Assembly: GCA_002269645.1 (NCBI GenBank)
Contig: NIVC01001075.1
Span: forward strand, 283,053 to 347,052
Direction of reading: 5' to 3'
DNA length: 64,000 nucleotides
Origin: Macrostomum lignano
Lineage: Eukaryota
Under the pieces are notes generated by a model. The model saw only the letters and a program-made list of their open reading frames with translations, ran no database searches and was not told the origin of the DNA. The translations under genes and the position numbers were made by a program. Of the stretch, positions 1-10,500 are shown in pieces; position 1 is the first letter of the stretch, and the number at the start of each line of letters is the position of its first letter.

Positions 1-397
1 GTTTCCAGCCTCGCCAACAACCCCCCCCCCCCGAGGACTGAGAACCGTTGGCATAAGAGCTGCGGGATGCTAGGCTAGGCGCACCTGACAGAAGATAGTC
101 TCACTGCAACCTGATATTATTGACATTGTCTCTTCCGGACCTCTTTAGCAGGCAGTTTGCTTTTTAAAATCCAGAGCGATAACAGGAATTGGTAGTCAGA
201 ATCGGCACCTTTGCTAAAACTACCAAAGCTATACCGGCCTATTGTATTGTAAGTTGCACTGACCGGGTATTTGTTTTTTGTAAGACGTAAATGTTGAAAT
301 GTTGTTAGGGCTAGGGTTAATGATAGGACTTCTATCAAAAGCAATCTTACCGACAATAGGTTCCTGTCAGGAAGTTTATTATAGCGGAAGCTTCCAT

Positions 398-940
398 ATT
401 GGAATGTTTCCTAGTGGGAAGCTTCCCTATGGGAATGTTTCCTAGGCAAAGATTCCCTATGGGGATGTGTCCTAGGCGAGGGTTCCTTATGGGAATGTTT
501 CCTAGTGGAAGCTTCCCCATGGGAATGTTTCCTAGTGGAGGGTTCCATATCGGAATGTTTCCTAGTGGAGGGTTCCGTATTGGAATGTTTCCTAGTGGAG
601 GGTTCCATATTGGAATGTTTCCTAGTGGAGGGTTCCATATTGGAATGTTTCCTAGGCCAGGGTTCCCCATGGGAACGTTTCCTAGTCGGGGTTCCCCTAT
701 GGGGATGTGTCCTAGTCGGGAGTTCCCTATCGGAATGCTTCCTAGTCGGGGGTTCCCTATGAGAATGTTTCCTAGTGGTGGGTTCCATATTGGAATGTTT
801 CCTAGTGGAGGGTTCCATATTGGAATGCTTCCTAGTCGGGGGTTCCCTATGAGAATGTTCCCTATGGGAATGTTTCCTAGGCGAGGGTTCCCTATCAGAA
901 TGTTTCCTAGTCGAGGCTTCCCTATCGGAATGTTTCCTCG
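398..940. repeat. 30-bp minisatellite (GGAATGTTTCCTAGTGGAGGGTTCCATATT)
   Basis: About 18 degenerate tandem copies; explains the GMFPSGGFHI-type repeat ORFs in several frames. Confidence 0.95.
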
Positions 941-1446
941 GCATAGTCGGCATAAAGATGCCTGTAGACTGAGTATCTTTATAGTAATGTCCTGAAATTA
1001 GTGAAATGAACTTACACATTGCACGGATATTAGGTCCATAAACATATAGTAAATGCGCATGCCAGGTGTTAATTGGGATATTATTGCTGGATATTATGAA
1101 TTTCACATCCGCTCTTATTTTCATGCGTATATAAACAAGCTTTGAATCAGTTTCTGTCGGCTTTTGTAATCTACGTATAAAAATTTTCTCTGTCGAAAGA
1201 GAACCAGGAAATCTTTGGTTGGCCGGCCCTTATTCTGCAAATTAATTCCTATTATGTTTGATCTACGGCGTATGACAGGACGGACTGAATTCCGGCTTGG
1301 CATAAATGATGAGAATCATGTTCTATCTGTCGTGTCTCTGAAAGGATTTTCTTGTACGTGCAGTCGTATAGCAGCGATTTTATGCCTTTTATGATTTTAT
1401 GCGTGACCTGCTCTGTACACCTCTGTAATCAAAAGCAGCATCAAGG

Positions 1447-1959
1447 ATGTGGACCTCAGCGGCCACAGCGTCGAGCTGCCCAGCCGAGGACCCGGCCGCT
1501 CGACAGAAACCCACGCTGAGCGATTGTTTGAAAGGCGTTGCGCCGGCCTGCATCACCTATCGCGTCGCTTTGCTCTCTGTCGCCGGCGTTGTAGCCATTG
1601 TCAGCGGTGTCGACTTGGTTCAACGCGAAGCCCGAGCAGCGGCCCGTCCCGAAGAGTTCGGCTACCTTCGCCGCAATTCGATCTACTGGTCGGAGGTGGC
1701 CGCCTTCTGCTGCGCCATCTTCCTGGCCAGCGTGGTGGGTTGTGTCGTTTGCGTTGGCAGGATTCGTCAGCGCCAGAGAAGGTCGCTCTGCGGCGGCGGT
1801 GCCAACGGCGGCCTGCAGCTGACCGGGCTGGGCTCCGTGTCGACGCGTCAAGCGTCATCGCCGACAGCGTCCAAACCCGCGGCTCCGTCGTCTCTGTCGG
1901 TGCTGATTTCACTGGCGACCAGTCGGTCAATGGCTGCTGATAGTATTCGTGATGAATGA
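1447..1959 (+). CDS. Intronless hypothetical protein, 170 aa, two predicted transmembrane segments
   Basis: ATG to TGA in a GC-rich, exon-like island. Hydrophobic stretches VALLSVAGVVAIVSGV and VAAFCCAIFLASVVGCVVCV, the second followed by basic RIRQRQRR. No family recognised. Confidence 0.55.
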   Translation: MWTSAATASSCPAEDPAARQKPTLSDCLKGVAPACITYRVALLSVAGVVAIVSGVDLVQREARAAARPEEFGYLRRNSIYWSEVAAFCCAIFLASVVGCVVCVGRIRQRQRRSLCGGGANGGLQLTGLGSVSTRQASSPTASKPAAPSSLSVLISLATSRSMAADSIRDE

Positions 1960-2035
1960 GCTCTGTTTTGCAATACATTGAAGGGCGCGATGTGGTTAAA
2001 AGAAATGGACTTAATTATTAACAGTTTCTTCTTTA

Positions 2036-3825
2036 CTTTGGACCAATGTAGCTTTGGACCAAGCTTTGGACCAATGTAGCTTTGGACCAATGTAGCTTTG
2101 GACCAATGTAGCTTTGGGCCAATGTAGCTTTGGACCAATGTAGCTTTGGGCCAATGTAGCTTTGGACCAATGTAGCTTTGGACCAAAGTAGCTTTGGACC
2201 AATGTAACTTTGGACCAATGTAGCTTTGGACCAATGTAGCTTTGGACCAATCTAGCTCTGGACCAATGTAACTTTGGACCAATGTAGCTTTGGAGCTTTG
2301 GACCAATGTAGCTTTGGACCAAAGTAGCTTTGGACCAATGTAACTTTGGACCAATGTAGCTTTGGACCAAGCTTTGGACCAATGTAGCTTTGGACCAATG
2401 TAGCTTTGGACCAAAGTAGCTTTGGACCAATGTAACTTTGGACAAAGTAGCTTTGGACCAATGTAGCTTTGGACCAATGTAGCTTTGGACCAAAGTAGCT
2501 TTGGACCAATGTAGCTTTGGACCAATGTAGCTTTGGACCAATGTAACTTTGGACCAATGTAGCTTTGGACCAAGCTTTGGACCAATGTAGCTTTGGACCA
2601 ATGTAGCTTTGGACCAATGTAGCTTTGGACCAAAGTAGCTTTGGACCAATGTAACTTTGGACCAATGTAGCTTTGGACCAAGCTTTGGACCAATGTAGCT
2701 TTGGACCAATGTAACTTTGGACCAATGTAGCTTTGGACCAAGCTTTGGACCAATGTAGCTTTGGACCAAAGTAGCTTTGGACCAATGTAACTTTGGACAA
2801 AGTAGCTTTGGACCAATGTAGCTTTGGACCAATGTAGCTTTGGACCAAAGTAGCTTTGGACCAATGTAGCTTTGGACCAATGTAGCTTTGGACCAATGTA
2901 ACTTTGGACCAATGTAGCTTTGGACCAAGCTTTGGACCAATGTAGCTTTGGACCAATGTAGCTTTGGACCAATGTAGCTTTGGACCAAAGTAGCTTTGGA
3001 CCAATGTAACTTTGGACCAATGTAGCTTTGGACCAAGCTTTGGACCAATGTAGCTTTGGACCAATGTAGCTTTGGACCAAAGTAGCTTTGGACCAATGTA
3101 GCTTTGGACCAAAGTAGCTTTGGACCAATGTAACTTTGGACCAATGTAGCTTTGGACCAATGTAACTTTGGACCTATGTAGCTTTGGACCAATGTAGCTT
3201 TGGACCAAAGTAGCTTTGGACCAATGTAACTTTGGACCAATGTAGCTTTGGACCAATGTAGCTTTGGACCAATGTAGCTCTGGACCAATGTAACTTTGGA
3301 CCAATGTAGCTTTGGACCAATGTAACTTTGGACCAATGTAGCTTTGGAGCTTTGGACCAATGTAGCTTTGGACCAAAGTAGCTTTGGACCAATGTAACTT
3401 TGGACCAATGTAGCTTTGGACCAAGCTTTGGACCAATGTAGCTTTGGACCAATGTAGCTTTGGACCAATGTAGCTTTGGACCAAAGTAGCTTTGGACCAA
3501 TGTAACTTTGGACCAAAGTAGCTTTGGACCAATGTAACTTTGGACCAATGTAGCTTTGGACCAAAGTAGCTTTGGACCAATGTAACTTTGGACCAATGTA
3601 GCTTTGGACCAATGTAGCTTTGGACCAAAGTAGCTTTGGACCAATGTAACTTTGGACCAAAGTAGCTTTGGACCAATGTAGCTTTGGACCAATGTAGCTT
3701 TGGACCAATGTAGCTTTGGACCAATGTAGCTTTGGACCAATGTAACTTTGGACCAATGTAGCTTTGGACCAATGTAGCTTTGGACCAATGTAACTTTGGA
3801 CCAATGTAGCTTTGGACCAATGTAG
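2036..3825. repeat. 16-bp minisatellite (TTTGGACCAATGTAGC), ~110 copies
   Basis: Direct tandem copies with 11-bp and 17-bp variants; source of the SKATLVQSYIGPKLHW pseudo-ORFs. Confidence 0.97.
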
Positions 3826-4250
3826 GAGGCTTGGTAACCAGACAGTGTCCAACTGGAAACCCACCAACCAGAAAGTAGCCATAATGTACTTTTGTTGTTT
3901 TTGTTCCAAATCTACGTCCATGTGCTCGTATTTTTCGTGATGTTTTTGTTGTAAAAAGTGATTGGTTTTTTAAAACTTCAATATGATATTCATGATCAGT
4001 AGACCTTTAACGCGTTTTGTGTCCAGTGTAAGCAAGTATTTCGCTAGCAAACACCTTAAAGCCAGTCAGTTTTGTAAATATTAATTAAAGCGTCCTCTCC
4101 CGAGCCACTGTTCTTTTAAATAGTTGGCGATAATTCTACTTATTTTTTGTTATCTTTGCGTGATTGCATTATTAGTTTTTTTAAATCTATGCAGTCGGGT
4201 TTAAAGATTTAAACAAAAATATTGTACAGTGGCGCTCGTTTTTTTATTGC

Positions 4251-4335
4251 TAGGCATGTACACTTCACTGTGCCTTGGGGCAGCACTTGGAATCGAGCCT
4301 GGGTCGCTGGTAGATCAGAGCGTCACAATAGACCA
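4251..4335 (-). mobile_element. Internally deleted copy of the SINE-like element at 41500-41810
   Basis: Shares GGCATGTACACTTCACTG.GCCTTGGGG and GCACTTGGAATCGAGCCTGGG.CGCTGG with 41631-41763. Confidence 0.6.
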
Positions 4336-4550
4336 GATGCAGATCTAAATTTTCTATAGTTGACTATAGTCATTCTTCAGTTATTGAACGCACTAAAACT
4401 CTATTTTCGACGCAAAGTTGGCTGTCTTTTACCATAGACACAAGCCGACAGACTGCTGCACGAGATGGGCTGAGGCGGTATTCATCTGAACGCTATAAAT
4501 TTCCTTCATTTTGCTGATCAATTGAATGCAGCTTCGAGAGCCTCTCGACA

Positions 4551-7500
4551 ATGACCAGCCCGATTAAATCTGGCAGTAAGACGTATTGCTACAAGTCGAG
4601 TCGTCGCTCACGGTCCTCCTCCCGGATGCGATCAAGCCAAAGAAAGAAAGAAAGAAACAGCTGCTCAAACGACGTCGTCATGACAAACAATCTAAATATT
4701 GTGGACAAGTCCAAAGAGCGAAATAAAAACATTGTCATCTTTCAGGAGGAGAGCGCGAAAAGCGAGGACTGGAAGAAGAAGTACATTCATAGCACTCTGT
4801 TCCTGCTGGGCTACGGCGCTTATGGCAGCGTGTTTCAGGCAAGCAGGATTTTAATGTGCTGTGGGAATCCGGTTCTGGCTAATAACAGTTCAGTTTAGTA
4901 GTATGTTGTGCATGTAATATTTTGCACCGTTGCCTATTTGAGATTGATGTTAATAATAATGGCGACATCGTCCGTCCGGCAATTCTACCCATTCCGCTGA
5001 CGCAGGCATGCACTCATACACACGCTCACACATGGCGTACAGCGACCTTGCCTTACTAAATCAGGGCTCGGCAAACTCCCGCCCGCGAAGCCTCTCTATC
5101 TGGCCCTCGGGTCCATGAAACTTCAAAATAGCAATCCGGCCTGCTCAAGGTTTGTCTCTTCTCAGGTCTCCTCTCTCCGCTCCTTCGGGGTCTCCTATCA
5201 CTTCTCTCCTTTCTCCCCTTCTCTTCCCTCTCTAATCTCTTCTCTCCTCTCCTCTCTGGCCCAGCAGTCACGCGCTAGATTTGGTATCTGGCCCTTACGT
5301 TGAAAAATTATGCCGACCCCTGTACTAAATGAATGTGGCCTCACACAGAATCGTGTGCCCCTGTCTGTTTTGTATTGCCAATTGCTAATATTGACAGGCT
5401 TGCCCGCAAATATTCACTGTGGCCTTGACTATGTATAGATTAATTTGTATTTGAATTTAACCAGTCTTTTTAACAGACCAGATCGTGTAGCAAGTTGACC
5501 TGTGGGAAATAAATCAGACGATTTCTAGCAAGACATCGGCTCAAGATGGACTTTGACAGGATTAAAAGGCTTTTCAGACCTACAGAAGCTATATTCAGCA
5601 ACTTTAAGGATTCGAGACTCCCCTGTTGTTTTCCTCCCTAATTAGCTGTAGCAAACGCACCTGCCGCCGTTACTTCTAAGTAAGCAGGGATTATTTCAGA
5701 AATTCTTAATCTTAGCCTCCCCACTTAATATGGGAAATATAGTACCTTAAAATATGCAGCAGAGTTCTGTTGTTCTGACAGAATTCATCGGAAATTCAAC
5801 CAAAGTCGATTTCTTAGACAGTTGTTTTAATTATTTTAATGAAACAATTTAGTTTGTTACATATCGGGCCATTCTATATGTATTAACAAAATGACTAAAA
5901 TACTTTGTTGCTTTAACATAGAATCATAATTTTCTAAACGCAAAGCTTCATAAATATCAATAGAGCAATAAGAAAGGCACAACATATCAAAAGATAAACA
6001 TTGGATTTGCCTCCTATCAAAAGCAATAATAATTTTGATCTGAAAAAATGAAAACTTCATATCTCCGTAGTGTATTTTTTTCGGAAAACCTGTCTCTAAA
6101 AATTTTCCAAGAAATGAGGCTTCCTTGCCTAGGCCAATGTTATATTAATTCGGTCAATCACTCAGTCTCCCAACACTGAATTGCTCTATTGATTGTAAAA
6201 ATGGTTGCCAGGCCTAATAAATCCTAATAAATTAATGGATGACGGTTAAAGACATTTTCACTGTCATGGGATGGTACACTGTAAAGGCGTTGAAAATCTG
6301 ACCTTGTTGAATTGAAAATCGTTGAATATCTCGAAGGTCGTATATGCTTCAAGCCCTGCTGATGGTAAACATTTGCTGGTATTGATCAAATTACAATATC
6401 AGGGTATCATCAAACAATTATTTGCTCAACCTTCAATCCAAGGCCAGGTAACATCTCGGCTGTACTCTCAGATCCGGCAACGCATTTCCCGTGAGCGGTA
6501 CATCTACCACGCCGACTTTCTAACCAACTACGCGTCGCAGCGCCGACTGAAGCTCGACCAATACGACAAGCTGAGGGACAAGCAACGACACGATCGTCTG
6601 TTCGACACGGTGGCCATCAAGTACGAAATTCTTGACCAGTCGATGCTGGAGGACGGCGCCACTCGGTTCTGTCTGTTCCTCCGTCGCGAATTCCTGGTGC
6701 TGGACACCATCTGGCGTCGGTTCCCTCGACTGCTGGTTGGATTTCCAGTCGTGTTCGACTTTGGGTACATTGGCGACAAGCTGCAATACGGAGTGAACAC
6801 CAAGTACAAGAACATATTCACCTACATGAACCTGCAAGGCGAGGAGGTGAAGTTCTTTGCCGACACGCACAACAGAAACCTCACTGGAGTTACTAAAATA
6901 TCGTACATGACCATGGAGTTACTCGGGCCCTCCATCGAAGACTATCGCGTCTATTTCGAGCCTTGGTACGAGAAAGCCGGAGTAAAGCCATTCTTCCAGG
7001 TGAGAACGGTGTTTCGCATAGCTGACCAGCTGCTCTGTCGCCTGTACATGCTGCACAAGGCTGGCTTTGTGCACCACGACCTGAAGCCGGACAACTTGGC
7101 TCTTGGCCACGGACGAGCCCTCTGGTAAATAAACCAGATAACACCACAAGATAATTTGCGAATCTTGTCAGATTCACTACCGATTTCCTTGTTTGAGTTG
7201 CGAAACTGGTGAAACCACCAGATTCGTCACCAGGTAATTTTTTGTTTTCTTGTTTGACTGTTATCTGGTGAGTTATCTGAATTTCACCAGATAACATGGC
7301 CGGAATCTTGCTTAGAAATCAGATTACATGACAAGATTTGCCACCAGATAATTTTTTGTTTTCTTGTTTGACTGTTATCTGGTGAGTTATCTGAATTTCA
7401 CCAGATAACATGGCCAGAATCTTGCTTAGAAATCAGATTACATGACAAGATTCGCCACCAGATAATTTTTTGTTTTCTTGTTTGACTGTTATCTGGTGAG

Positions 7501-10500
7501 TTATCTGAATTTCACCAGATAACATGGCCCGAATCTTGCTTAGAAATCAGATTACATGACAAGATTTGCCACCAGATAATTTTTTGTTTTCTTGTTTGAC
7601 TGTTATCTAATGAGTTATCTGAATTTCACCAGATAACATGGCCCGAATCTTGCTTAGAAATCAGATTACATGACAAGATTTGCCACCAGATAATTTTTTG
7701 TTTTCTTGTTTGATTGAATCTTGTTTGAATCGGAATTTCACAGGATAACATGGTGCGAATCTTGTTTGAAAATCAGATAACAGTACAAGATTCGCCACCA
7801 GGTAATTTTTCGTTTTCTTGGTTGATTGAATCTTGTTTGAATCGGAATTTCACAGGATAACATGGTGCAAATCTTGTTTGAAAGACAGATAACAGTACAA
7901 GATTTAAATCAGAATAACTGTGCGTTATCTAGTCTGTAAGAAACCTGTGTGAATCTGAAATTTACCGGATAACAGGATGCGAATCTGGTTTGCAAACCAG
8001 ATAATGGAAAATGCCTCAAAGATGCCTTTGTGTTATCCGGTCTGTAAGAACCCGTTGTACTTTTCACCCATAATTTTTTTCAGAATTTCGTGATCCAGGC
8101 CTAATTTAATTGATTTCCAAGTGAAGGCCCGGATCAGCATTTTTAGCCCGGAATAGCCCCTTTTTCCGGAAATGTGATCCTGCAAAAGTTCGGGAAAAAG
8201 GAAAGCTGTTCCGGCTGCATTTTCCGAAATTTTTCACCTTGAACGCTGCTAAATTCTAATTGTAGACCCAAATTTCAGGTTTTCCAAATGAAAATGTTCT
8301 GGATGAGATTTCAGGAGTTCAGTCGGAATTCCTCAGAGATCTAGATCAAGTGATTCGGCAAATCCACAGGGATCAGCTCCCATTGACTCGAATCTCGATG
8401 AAGTTATGGATAAGACTGGACTTCGCGTCTGTTGTGGATCAAGGCAGCTCATAAGCTGACCTGCGATGGATAATCAATCCTCGCTTCTGTTGTGGCTCAA
8501 GGCAGCTCATAAGCTGACCTGCGATGGATAATTAATCCTCGCTTCTGTTGTGGCTCAAGGCAGCTCATAAGCTGACCTGCGATGGATAATCAATCCTCGC
8601 TTCTGTTGGGACTCAAGGCAGCTCATAAGCTGACCTGCGATGGATAATCAATCCTCGCTTCTGTTGTGGCTCAAGGCAGCTCATAAGCTGACCTGCGATG
8701 GATAATCAATCCTCGCTTCTGTTGTGGCTCAAGGCAGCTCATAAGCTGACCTGCGATGGAAAATCAATCCTCGCTTCTGTTGGGACTCAAGGCAGCTCAT
8801 AAGCTGACCTGCGATGGATAATCAATCCTCGCTTCTGTTGTGGCTCAAGGCAGCTCATAAGCTGACCTGCGATGGATAATCAATCCTCGCTTCTGTTGTG
8901 GCTCAAGGCAGCTCATAAGCTGACCTGCGATGGATAATTAATCCTCGCTTCTGTTGTGGCTCAAGGCAGCTCATAAGCTGACCTGCGATGGATAATCAAT
9001 CCTCGCTTCTGTTGTGGCTCAAGGCAGCTCATAAGCTGACCTGCGATGATTAATCAATCCTCGCTTCTGTTGGGACTCAAGGCAGCTAATAAGCTGACCT
9101 GCGATGGATAATCAATCCTCGCTTCTGTTGGGACTCAAGGCAGCTGCTAAGCTGACCTGCGAGGGGTAAAGTGCCATATATCAGCAAACGCTAGCGCTCG
9201 TAATGTGAGGCCGTGCCCACCCTCCCTGCAGGTGATAGCTTTGTTGGCTCTTCGACAAACTATTGCATTCTTATTGTGCTGGAGAGGTTTGACTCCCAAT
9301 GGCATGTAGTCTGTCGCTGTTACTTAGTGTATCAGATTACCCTATTATCTGGTGCAGCTGGGTGTCTAGATGGAGCTGTGGCATGGTTCCAAAAGCTCCT
9401 ACTGGCCCAGTTCTAAGGTAGCCTTTTTTTAAGACAGACGTTATTCTAGCTCTTGCTAGAGCATGCTCCATTGGGTTGTCTAAAGCGTCTGCAGTGTTGG
9501 TGTATGGCCACCAGTGAGGGATAATTGAACCCCGCTTCAACCGATGAATCAAAGTTGAGCAGTTGACTGAAAATGCTGACCTACGAGGGGTAATCAAACC
9601 TCGCGTCTGTTGTGGCTCAAGGCAGCTGCTAAGAGTAGTCACTTTTATTTGACTACGCGGGTCAATCTTTAATCCGAGGGGTAATAAAGCCTCGAAATTG
9701 CAAGGTGGATTGATCTGCTTTTCGGAGGCACTGTAGCGTCCGTAATGTGAGGCTGAGCCCATCCTCCGTACAGGTGACAATTGAAAAATTGTTGCGCCCT
9801 GATTGTGTGCAAGAGGTTTGACTACCACTGGCATGTAGTCTATCACAGCTGCTTAGTGTGTCAACGGGCTGAATGATTCTATCGTCATATTTGACGCTTA
9901 GAAGCATGAGTCAGCCAACCATATTGTTTGGCACAGCTGGGTGTCTAGACGGAGACTGTGGCATAGTTCCAAATAGCTCTGACTGGCCCAGTATGCAAAG
10001 CAGCTTTCCTATTAAGATAGACGCTAATCCGATTTTTATCGGTGCATGCTCCATTGGTTTGTCTAAGGCGTTTGCAGTTGCACCAGCCGAGAGCAGATCA
10101 AGTCAAGAGAGTAGTCGTTACAGACCATGTCGGTAATCTTGTCGAGATTTAATAAATCCTCGAACAAGTCAAGGGAGTAGTCGTTACAGACCATGAGTGT
10201 CGGCAATCTTGTCAGCCACTTTTTCCGGAGGGTGTCACTGCTTCGAACGACGCAGTTGATGACGCCGTTGGACGATCGTCCATCGCACTAGCGACATCTG
10301 CAACGCCAAGTCGGTTGGATATTACCGTTGGCGCACGGGATTGCGAAAACAATCAGGTAAGAGTTTCCAGCGTAGTCGGCATTTCGTGGACGCAACGAAG
10401 CCAGCGCCGAGCGAGCCGGCGCATCAGATGATACACAATTCACTTTGTCTCCGGTCTACGAGCAGCCGATCAACGAAAGCCAGTTGATTCCGGACGACGA

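Noticed and set aside
1848-3921. Long ORFs of 426-636 aa
   Set aside because: Translations of the 16-bp satellite, which lacks stops on that strand; the 16-aa periodicity equals the unit length.
8430-9170. CRISPR-like array of hairpin-bearing repeats
   Set aside because: No unique spacers, and the context is eukaryotic; it is a plain tandem repeat. The same applies to all other arrays.
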